A stretch of 64,000 bases of DNA, taken from positions 544,001 through 608,000 of the forward strand of contig CAVRBU010000001.1 in the NCBI GenBank assembly GCA_963719315.1, given 5' to 3'. Within the stretch, counting starts at the first letter, position 1, and each line of letters begins with the position of its first letter. Positions 8,607-17,956 of this stretch are shown here, piece after piece. This DNA is from an uncultured Planctomycetota bacterium. Lineage in GTDB: Bacteria; Planctomycetota; Planctomycetia; Pirellulales; Lacipirellulaceae. The notes below the pieces were generated by a model. The model did not search any database and was not told the DNA's origin. It worked only from the letters and a program-made list of their open reading frames with translations. The position numbers and the translations under genes were made by a program.

Positions 8607-11391
8607 TCATTGGTTCGAGTCAGTAAGATCTCCGCCTGAGATCGTGGCCAATCCGCGATAGATCCTGATGTCGATCTCATCCGTCACGAAAGTCACACTT
8701 CCGTCGCAATTGCCGAAGTTTGCTCCGCCGGGATGCAGGCTATTAAAGGACATATTTCGCGACCACTCGGTCGGGCTACGGCTGTCCTCCAATGGAGGCA
8801 TGCGAGTTTGCGTGTTGAGAGGAATTGCACAAGTTGCCGTAGAACTGTTATTTCCGAACCACCAGCTCCAAACGGTGAAGAAGGGAATGCATTCACCGGC
8901 CGCAAATGTGTGGGATAACCCGTCCGTGACTTGGCGAAGTTTTTGTCCTGTTTGCCTCGGCACCGCTCAGATTGGGGGTTGGCGGCGTATCGAAACTATT
9001 CGAGCAGATCAGCCCGTTGCAGTGAAGCAAGCCATTCGTGTCGTGGGCGTTCTTGCCGGCGTCCGAAAAAATGCCAGGGAAGTCGCCCCACGCCCAATTG
9101 CTTCCGCTGCAGGCTTTGTAATTGGTGACGGCCAACTCGTTCGAATCGTAGGCGCGAAAATTCGACGGGTTGTAGTAGTCGCTCCGTCGAGCAAGTAATC
9201 CTTGGCCGTTCGTCCCATCGGACGGGCAGAGAAACGAATGGATCGGCGTGCGGGCGACCTCCAGATTGGTTCCGATCAGCGAAGGAAGCTTCGGATCGAT
9301 TCGGCTCGCCAGCGCCGATTCTTCAATCTGGGGCAGGATGCCTTGCATCCAGCTGATCGTAATGTAATCGGTCAGGGTCCAAGCCGTGCCGCTGGGCCGA
9401 AAGTTTTGAGGCATGCGGCCATGTGCCGATTCGTAAGTTTGCAACGCGAGCACGATTTGCTTGACGTTGTTGACGCACTGCGATCGCCGCGCCGCTTCTC
9501 TGGCCGCTTGGATCGCCGGCAAGAGCAGGGCCACGAGAATTCCAATGATGGCGATCACGACGAGCAACTCGACGAGCGTAAAACCGTGTAGGGGCCTGGA
9601 GAAGTTGGTACACTTCTCCGTAATCGTTCTTTTGCTTTGGCCCCTGACACGGAGGAAGTTGCGATGTCGAATGCGATTGGGTCGTTCGTGGGAGTGGATT
9701 TGCACAAGTGCACGGTGACGCTTGGCGCCGTCGGTCCACTGGGGGAGAAGATCGCTGGGCTCAAGATCAGCACCAAGAGTGTGGGAAAGATCGAAGAGTG
9801 GCTCGCGGCACTTCCGGAACCCGTTCACTTGGCGGTGGAAGCCTGCCCGTTCGTGGAATGGTTCATCGAGCGCTTCCGGCCGTGCGTCGATCGCATCGAC
9901 ATCGCCGATGCCACGGAGCTGGCCAACCGCCGGGGCAAGCGGCGGAAGACCGACCGTAACGACGCGCTGGACGTGGCGCGGCGCCTCGCCCGCGGCGAAT
10001 GCCCGCTGGGGTTCATCGCGCCGCCAGAGCTGATGCAACTCCGCAAGCTGGGGCGACACTGGCGCTCGTTGAGCCACCTGTTGTCGCGCACCAAGCATTC
10101 GATGAAGAGCATGCTCAATGCGGCCAACATCCGCGGACCGAAGTTCGACGGCGCCAGCGCTCAACGATGGTTTCTGGCCAACCGCGATTTGCTCGGTGCC
10201 GTTCAGCAGGATGCGTTTGCGGACTTCATCGATGTGCTGATGCTGGTAGAGCGACAACGCGAACGAATGCGGCGGCAGATGGTTTTCGCTTCCCGCAGCG
10301 GCAGCTATGCGCCCACGATCGCGCGACTCATGACGGTGCCCGGCATTGCCGAGATCTGGGCCACCATCATCGCCGCCGAGATCGGTCCCTTCGAACGCTT
10401 CCCCAACGCCGACGCGCTGGAGTTCTGGGCTGGCCTGACGGCCGACATGAAGGAGTCGGCCGGCCGCACCCAGAGCGGCCCCATCACCAAAGCGGGCTCG
10501 GCCACGCTGCGCTGGGCCCTGGCTCAGGCGGCCGTTACCCTCTGTCACTGCGACGCTCGGCAAGAAGCCATTCGCCAGCGCCTCATTGCACGGCTCGGCA
10601 AGGCGCGGGCCAACGTGGCGATGGCCCGCCGCCTGCTGCGAATCCTCTATGCCATGATGCGCGACGGCAAAGCATATCAAGGAGGACCGCGGCGAGATCG
10701 CACCGCAGCAGCCAACAGGACACGCCTCAGAAGAAAGAAACAAGTTGCTTAATTCCCCGGAGCAGAAGAACCCTGGAGAGAAAGAATTATTGGTGATGTG
10801 CGGCGGAATCATTGTGGCGTCGCGCTGTGGCGCGTACGTCCCACTGCGTCGGTGACCGCGACCTGCCTTCATTCGGCTCAAGAGGCGCTTGTTCTCTTCC
10901 AGAGAAGACCCAGGCCCTGCCGGGTTCGCCTCTTGGTGACCGCGATAGTGTGAATTCGGCCCGACCGGTGCGAACAAGGTTTTTTTCAGCCCAGAATATA
11001 CGTAGCGGCAATGCGACCGCCACGTCCGGTGACTGCGTAGAGATGAATCCAACCGCCGCGTTGCCCAGCCCAGGCGACGCAGGACGGACGAACCGATTCC
11101 GCCAATACAACTCAGGGCATGAACCACCAATTCACCGAGCGATGACCATGCCAGAACCATGAGACAAAGAATCTGGAGCAGTCGTTGACATACGGCCCCT
11201 ACAGAGATGAGACCATGCAATGGAGGCGCGCCTCTTCGATCGAGGATTCGCCTTGGATAAGACGCGAACGCGAGTCCTCCGCGGCGGACTCGCCTACATG
11301 CCGTTCGGCTCGCGGCCGCGGCATCGCTGAAACACAGCGAGCCGCTCGCCGTTCTAGTCTTCCGTTTTGACAAAATACTCATCGTTCCCAT
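8607..11391 (-). CDS. DUF1559 prepilin-type protein, interrupted at the cleavage motif by IS110; extra A at ~8940-8944
   Basis: Native leader 11391..11215 (...RRGAPPLH); [34 protein letters not shown] from 9585; C-terminal DGLSHT..GE and [14 protein letters not shown] in 8607..8963. Confidence 0.9.
9664..10752 (+). CDS. IS110 family DEDD recombinase/transposase
   Basis: GVDLHK, VEA, KTDRNDA, PGI...A..I.AEIG...RF, ESAG, G...LR; GGAGG RBS before ATG 9664. Confidence 0.95.
   Translation: MSNAIGSFVGVDLHKCTVTLGAVGPLGEKIAGLKISTKSVGKIEEWLAALPEPVHLAVEACPFVEWFIERFRPCVDRIDIADATELANRRGKRRKTDRNDALDVARRLARGECPLGFIAPPELMQLRKLGRHWRSLSHLLSRTKHSMKSMLNAANIRGPKFDGASAQRWFLANRDLLGAVQQDAFADFIDVLMLVERQRERMRRQMVFASRSGSYAPTIARLMTVPGIAEIWATIIAAEIGPFERFPNADALEFWAGLTADMKESAGRTQSGPITKAGSATLRWALAQAAVTLCHCDARQEAIRQRLIARLGKARANVAMARRLLRILYAMMRDGKAYQGGPRRDRTAAANRTRLRRKKQVA
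10790..11110 (+). ncRNA. Putative bridge/seek RNA of the IS1111-type element
   Basis: Nested complementary segments (GGCGGAATC 10802-10 / GATTCCGCC 11095-103; CTGCGT/ACGCAG; CGTCCG/CGGACG; AAGAGGCG/CGCCTCTT); candidate guides at 10947-54, 10978-82 and 11039-46. Confidence 0.65.
11185..11190 (+). promoter_or_regulatory. -35 box TTGACA just inside the right IR (candidate circle-junction promoter)
   Basis: Perfect TTGACA at the position typical of IS1111-type elements; no convincing -10 found. Confidence 0.45.
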
Positions 11392-11445
11392 CGCCGTTTC
11401 ATGACCAGATGAATTGAAGACCGCCGGACCGCATTATCCTTGGCG

Positions 11446-13339
11446 CTATGCGTCAAGGCCACGCATCGCACCGACGCTCTCTCGCATCCTCGCGCGGTCC
11501 ATCAACAAGATCGAGACCGCCATCAAGCCGATCAACCAAGTGGCCGGCTCGGGCACGCTTGTGGCGCCGCCAAGCGATGTTCCACTGCCCGAAGTCGCGC
11601 CGAAGCGCGACCGCCAGAACGTGTAGTCGGCCGCTTGCACTCCGGGTGTCGGGTCGTTCAGCAATGGTCCACCGTTGCGCCACAGCACGTAGTCGGCCGC
11701 GTCGACAATGCCATTGCCGTTGTAGTCGCCGGGTACGCCGGCCGCGATCGCGCCGTAGGCGACGCCGCCGCTGCGCGGCGTCGTTTCGCCGGCGAACAAG
11801 AATTCGAATTGCAAGTCTTGGGATCCAGCCGTGTTGAACAGGTTGCCAAGCCCGAATGCGGTGCCGGGCGTAAGCGTAGTCGCGCCGGTCGGTTTCAATT
11901 CGGACAGACGGCTGGTCGTAGGATTCGCCTCCCCCCTATCGCCGCCGGCCGCGTTTTGATCGTCCAAGCTAGACCAGCCAGTCGGCGAAAGTGAACCGGA
12001 TGCCGACCGAATCGTGTAGCTGTCGATGGCCACGGTGAAAGGCGAAGTATTTTTCAACTGGGCTTGACCTGTGGTCGGATTCACGGTGAGCAGCACATTG
12101 TTGGGATCGCCGATGTAATTGACAATGCCGCTGGTCAGGGCGCCGTCGCTCTTGGTGTATTCGAACGAAATATCGTTGGTATCGGTGCCGAACATCGTCG
12201 GATTGAAGCTGTTGGCGATTCCCAGCGATTGGCTGGCGCCGCTGGCGAATGTCGAATACCCGGCGGCCTTCAACTCGCTCAATCGATTTGTTGTCGGATT
12301 CGCTTCTCCCCAGTCGCCGCCGAGCGCATTCTGATCGTCGAGGCTGTTCCACGAAGCCGGCAGAAGCGAACCGCTCGTCGATCGAATCGAGTAGGAATCG
12401 ATCGACTTATTGATCGCACCCGGGTTGGTAATCGACACGGCGCCGGTGCCGCGATTGACGTTCAACACCAAGAACTCATCGAGATTGAGTTGGGCGAATT
12501 GCCGTCCGCCGCCGGCGGGAACCCCCGATACCGCCCACTTCTGGCCGAGGCCGAGCGGCGTATTCGGCGATACGACAATCGTATTGAATGCCCCCGTTAC
12601 AAAGCCGGCGTTGAACAGATTATACGAGCTGCCGACGGTGGGCGTGACGCCGGTGAATTCGACCGACAACTGACCGCCGAGAGAAGCCGTTCCGGCAATA
12701 TTCGGAATTGCCTGCCCTATATTCGAAATTTCCGCGGTGTAATTGCTATCTGACTGAAGGATGATCGCGCCCGCGGTCACGGCTGCATTCCGTTTCACGC
12801 GAGTGCTGCGCGATAAGTTAATCGTTCCGCTGATGTTCACATTTGCGGGCGTTGCCGTGGAGTCGCCGAGCACGATCGAGCTGGCCGCGTTTCCGCCCGA
12901 GACTACGCGCGGTGGCGGAGAGCGTGCCGCCGGACAAGACCCGCAGCGTCCCGGCTCCCACGGACCCGACGACCACGCTGCCGTCGGGCGGTGTGCCCGC
13001 CGGCGCCGTGCCCACCTGCGCCGTGAGATTACCACCGTTGCGGATTTCCAGTGTGCCGGTGTCGGCTGCGTCCTGGCCCAGGACCACACCTCCGGTCGGA
13101 GTCAGCGAAGTGGCACTTAAAAAAGCGATGCCGCCGTTATTGATGGTGGCTATCTCATTGAAAGCCGCATCGGGCACGGCGGGAAAGGTCGTGCCGTTGT
13201 CCCAATTGGACGGTTCGTTGTAATCGGCGACGCTGGTCGGCAGCCAAATTACATTGGTCTGCGCCAGCGATGGCCGCGTGGCGGTCGCGCTGGCCGCAAT
13301 CGCGGTCAGCCAGCAGATAGTCGTTCGTATTCTTGTCAT
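11446..13339 (-). CDS. Large secreted PEP-CTERM protein with dockerin-like repeat; frameshift ~12910
   Basis: Signal peptide MTRIRTTICWL; internal duplication (SIDSYSIRS..GSL....W.SLDDQ x2); GDYNGNGIVDAADY; VPEP+TM. Confidence 0.8.
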
Positions 13340-13391
13340 GGTGTCTCCTTGAAAAATCGCACGCGAATGGATGTTCGATAATTCAGCACAC

Positions 13392-14440
13392 TTATCGCCG
13401 ACGCGACCGCATCGACAACGGAGCCAATAGAACAAATCCAATCACGCCGAGGAGAGCACTAGCCGGTTCGGGAATGCCCAGGGCTGCCAAGGCTGCGGGC
13501 GTAGCATGATTCTTCCAGACACGAAAGTCGACGTAGTCGACCACGCCATCGTTGTTCAAGTCGCCGTTGGTCGGCCCCTGAAGGGACTTGAAGAAGTTGT
13601 TGCGGATGGTGTCGTAGTCAAACAGATCGACCACGCCGTTTCCGTTCGTGTCGCCAGCCGTGTACACCAAGCCGCTGGTCGTGAGCGTGAGGCTATCAAT
13701 GCTGCCGGCGATGTTGTAGTTATCGGCAATCGTAATGTCGCGAATGGTAGGATTCGTCGTGTAGCTCGCCGTACCCAGACTGGTGTACGTGGCGTCGGCT
13801 GGCTTCTTGGCGAGCCACTCCACGCTCCATAACGGCGTCGTCGTGTTGAGCACAATGCGGAGATCGACGGGATCACCACCATTGTCGGTGATGGGCGTCG
13901 GCCAATTCGCGATTCCCGTCACGCCAGGTCCCAAGGCAAACTGATTGGGAAACTGGGCGTTGCTCGCCCGGACCAACATCCACGGTTTGCCGAGAACCTG
14001 ATCAGGCTGGCCATTGCCGAAAAACTCGGCGCCACCGCCGGCCCCCGTTGCATAACCGGAGGAGAATCCCAGGCCGACCCAGTTGTAAGCTTCGCCGCCC
14101 CCCACTGTTGAAATCGCGTTGAATCGGGCATCAAGGTGTAAATGTTTCCCGCGATGGTCGCAAAGCCGAGCGAAGCGGATCCGTTGACGTTTGGATCGAT
14201 CGTCGTGTCGATGTGACCATCGGCGTACCATTCGCGTCCCGTTCCGCTTATCAAGCCGGTATCGGTGCGAGTAACCCAGGTTGTGCCGCCGCCGTTGACG
14301 TCGATATCGACGAACTGCCGATGGAGCGGTGTCGCGGCGGACCCGCTGAAATCGTGTTGGTAAAGAATGTTCTGCGCTTTGGCCGTAGCGGCTAGCGCCA
14401 GGAAAAGACCAGCACTGATGAGTAAACGTCTGACAACCAT
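13392..14440 (-). CDS. Secreted PEP-CTERM protein with dockerin-like repeat; frameshift ~14133
   Basis: Signal peptide in 13919..14440; GDTNGNGVVD, GDLNNDGVVD, IPEP+TM+RRR in 13392..14231. Confidence 0.8.
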
Positions 14441-14581
14441 CGCTTCTCCTCGGTTCTGAAGAACTCTAATTCAAATGTTTCAAGTTGAGTGAGAGACCTG
14501 CCGCAAATGTCCGCGTCGAAAGGCAGTCCCTCGGCTCCGCCGAGGGGTCGCGCTACAATGGATCCACCTTACTTCTTACTA

Positions 14582-15421
14582 TTATTTGCGCCTCCGGCGC
14601 ACCGCCAGGAATGCCAACCCGATCGAACACAACAGGCCGCTTGCCGGTTCTGGAACAACAGCGCCGCTGGTTGTCAGCGTGAGAAACCTAAGGCTGCCAT
14701 CGAGTTGCTCGTTGGCGACGATGGAGACGGCTCGGATATCCGCCGGGTTGGATGGATAAGCCGCCGTGCGGAGGCTCGTGAAGCTGGCGTCGGTCGGCTT
14801 CTTGGCGAGCCACTCCAATGTCCAAGCCGCCGCGGTAGTATTGAGAACGACTTGCAGATCGATGGGGTCACCGGGATTGGCGACAACCGGCGTCGACCAA
14901 TCCGCGCCGCCCGCCGTCGAATTTGGAACACCCACGAACGTCTGACCGGGAGCGGTTCCCGCGACGCGAGCGAGCATCCACCCCCGTCCGGTTACTTGAT
15001 CCGCTAGTCCATTGCCAAAGAATTCGGCACCGGCCCCAGTACCGGTCGCCAATCCCGCGGAATAGCCAATGGCGGTCCAAAACGTGTTAGGCCCGGTGAA
15101 CGCGTTTAAGCCAACCGTGAGCGTGTAGAAATTGCCCGCTTGGGGCGTGAACGGCAGCGAGGCGGCGCCGTTGCCGGAAAGGGTCTCGTCGAGGCTGCCG
15201 TCGGCATACCACCGAACTCCCGTACCGCTAGGGAGGCCAGTGTCGGTACGGGTCACCCACTTCGCGCCGAGGCCGCTGTTATCAATATCTGGACTTTGGC
15301 CATGCAGCGGCGTGCTCGCCGAGCCGGTGAAGTTCTCTTGGTAGATTACATTGTCGGCTTGTGCCAAACTGGCGGACGCGAGCAACAAGCCCGCGATTGC
15401 CATCGATCGAACTAAGCACAT
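14582..15421 (-). CDS. Secreted PEP-CTERM protein, paralog of the neighbouring gene
   Basis: Signal peptide MCLVRSMAIAG; VPEP+TM+RRRRK; shares WVTRTDTG..SGTG..WYADG with 13392..14440. Confidence 0.85.
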   Translation of the reverse strand: MCLVRSMAIAGLLLASASLAQADNVIYQENFTGSASTPLHGQSPDIDNSGLGAKWVTRTDTGLPSGTGVRWYADGSLDETLSGNGAASLPFTPQAGNFYTLTVGLNAFTGPNTFWTAIGYSAGLATGTGAGAEFFGNGLADQVTGRGWMLARVAGTAPGQTFVGVPNSTAGGADWSTPVVANPGDPIDLQVVLNTTAAAWTLEWLAKKPTDASFTSLRTAAYPSNPADIRAVSIVANEQLDGSLRFLTLTTSGAVVPEPASGLLCSIGLAFLAVRRRRK

Positions 15422-15572
15422 TGGTGTCGCTCCTGTAGTAAATGAAAAGACTGAACTCACAAGACACTCCTTAAAAAAAGTAGCATGCCAAATCAAACGA
15501 AAAACCGGGACTATCACAAATCTCTCCGCTGTATGCCTGGATGTCGTCGCGTTCGCCACTGCCTTGCAATTA

Positions 15573-17078
15573 TTAACCTCCCGCAACGCAGCCAAATGCT
15601 TGCCATTCCACGCGCAGCGCCATCGGGTTGCGTGCAAGTCCGTCCACCGTCGCGCCGTTGATTACGTCGAACTCGATCCAATTCGCACCGCTGGCAAAGC
15701 CGCCACGGATCTCCACGACGTGAAAACTCCGAAAGTCATCGTGACTTATCGATTGCCAAGGCGGTATATCCACGCGCTTGCCGTTCAAGCGGATTTCCTC
15801 GACGCGGTTATCCACGAGAACCTGGCCCACCAGATGCACGGTCGAGGGATCAACCCCGGTAAGATCGAATCTGGTCTCGAAGGTGTACTGCGTGTACGGG
15901 TCGACGCCGCGAGTCGTGCCGCCATGGACCGAGACCCATTGCGATTGCTTCGGGGCGTTGTCCAAGTATCCGGCGACGGAATTGCCGACTTCCGCCAGCG
16001 CTGGAAACGTCCCTCCCGAAGCATGACCGGCGGTGATTCGCCAGCGCGGATCTCGGTTGCCGAGCAGCAATCCGCGACCGGTATTCGCGATCTCGATTGG
16101 ATGCAGCGGGCGAAAGTGAGCCAACGTCTCGGCGAAACGTGTGTGGTCGACGGGAATACGAACCAAGCGACCCGCGCTCTCGTCCCATTGAACGGCATGA
16201 CCTGCCGTGACCATCAACGCGGCATTCTCGTCGCGTCTTGGAGCGTCTAACGGCTCGGCGCGCACGACCCCTTCAAACACGTGCGCTTCGGCAATATCGG
16301 GCGATTCCGTCCACACCGCGAAACGAGTTCCGAGGTCGGTGATCCGCAGAGCATCGGTCTCGACTACGAAACCTTTGGCCCATCTGGCAGCTTACGCCGT
16401 TAGCTTGCCGTGATATAGTCGGACGCGATTATCAGAACTTAATTCAACGGTGCATGGCGATTGCAGGAGAATGTCCGCGCCGCAACTCATGCTGATCTGC
16501 GCGGTGCCTCGTAACAATTGCATTCGCTCCCCTTGCGAGAGCAGGTCGCCTTCGGCATGGCGAGCGCCGTCTTGCCAGACAGCATCGGTGGCATTCACGA
16601 ATCTCGCTACCATGTCGGGCGCACGCAACAAGGGGATTTGTTCCGCCGTCTGATTGATATGAGAGTTGGTGCTCTGCGAATACCACATAAATGCCGCTAT
16701 CGATATCAGAAGGCCGGCGGCAACGACGAAAAAGCGCCGCTTCGAATCGACTCGATTGGAATTTCTCCCCTTCGAACGGCCAGCGGCCGATTTCAGAACG
16801 CGGGCACCGGAATGCGAAGCAGCCGGCGCGGAACTCGCCGACTTCTCAAAAAAAGGCTCCAACGAAACCAACGCCTTTTCGTGTGCTTGGGAAGAAGCGG
16901 CTTGCCAAGCCAGTTCCACCTGCAGTCGGCTAAAGGCAACCAACACTCCGCAAGCGGCTCCCCGGTCAACGGCCAGCAGTTCTTCTAGCCGGGCGAACGA
17001 TGCTTCCTCGAGCCTACCATCCCAAGCTGCGCCAAGGAGTTCGAGCAATTCATCCGAATTATCCGCGGTCTCTTTCAT
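15573..17078 (-). pseudogene. FecR-like anti-sigma factor with one in-frame TAA (16392-16394)
   Basis: TM helix; L..G.A.I....GA...L..P; GKLTA*AARWAKGFVVET...DLGTRFAV continues in the same frame; ATGA overlap with sigma gene. Confidence 0.8.
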
Positions 17079-17599
17079 CAATGGGCCTCCAATGCCAGCG
17101 TCCGCTCGACGCACGCAAATAACGCCTTGCGGATGCGATTCATCGCCTGATAGATCGCGCCAATCGTGCGGCCTTCCGCCCTAGCGATTTCCGCGTAGTT
17201 CCGGCCGGGCGAATAACAACGCTTAACGAGCCGCCGCTCACTGGTAGTGAGTTTTTCCAAGCACACCGCTTGCGCTTCTGCCCGTCGATTGCCATTGCCG
17301 GCCGATTCGCGTTGATATGCTTCCGCGATCGATTCGAGCAATTCTTCGCTAAAGAATAGGCGCTGCCTTCGTTTCGCCTCCACCAGCTTGAGAACTCGAA
17401 AATGCGCAACCCGCATCGCCCAGGCGGAAAAGTTAGTGCCCGGCGTGAAATCATCAAACTTCTGCCATAAGATGATCGCGGTCTCCTGGTATACATCCTC
17501 GGCGTCGGGCAGATTCTGTACCAATGAATAGATAAAACCGAACAAGTCGCGCCGACTTTTGAGTAGCAAGTCGGCAAATAGCGTGCTATTATCGGTCAT
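17078..17599 (-). CDS. ECF sigma-70 factor (FecR-associated)
   Basis: DAEDVYQET...LW.KF..F.PGTNF.AWA; CLEKL; RIRK.L..C. Confidence 0.9.
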   Translation of the reverse strand: MTDNSTLFADLLLKSRRDLFGFIYSLVQNLPDAEDVYQETAIILWQKFDDFTPGTNFSAWAMRVAHFRVLKLVEAKRRQRLFFSEELLESIAEAYQRESAGNGNRRAEAQAVCLEKLTTSERRLVKRCYSPGRNYAEIARAEGRTIGAIYQAMNRIRKALFACVERTLALEAH

Positions 17600-17956
17600 T
17601 GCCGGTGTTTGGAAGACAAGCGATTTGGTCGACAGAGGGAGATCCCCATTTGATTCAATCCCTCGGTGGACGGCTGGAGCCAGAAATCACACACTCTCAG
17701 TAGCAGAGAATCGGAACATCGCAGAAGCTATATTGATATCCCGCAGATTTGAGCGATTTGACGCGAATTCTTGATATATTTAATGGGAAAAGGACAGTTG
17801 GCGCATCGGTAGCGTAGCAGGTTGGGCATGCCGCGAACTGCTGGCCTCTCCGAAGCCGATGTCGTGCTCCATTTCTGAAGTTCTTCGGCCTCGGAGAGAC
17901 CTCCCACAGATATGGGAATATGGGGATGGATTCTTACAGAGCCGTGATGTTGTCTT

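Larger units (their letters stand above)
9586..11214 (+). mobile_element. IS110 family (IS1111-type) insertion sequence, 1629 bp
   Basis: Subterminal IRs TGTAGGGGCC (9587-9596) / GGCCCCTACA (11194-11203); shared ACC at both junctions (9583-85, 11212-14); removal restores L-H-G-F-T-L; long 3' non-coding end; crossover uncertain by a few nt. Confidence 0.92.
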
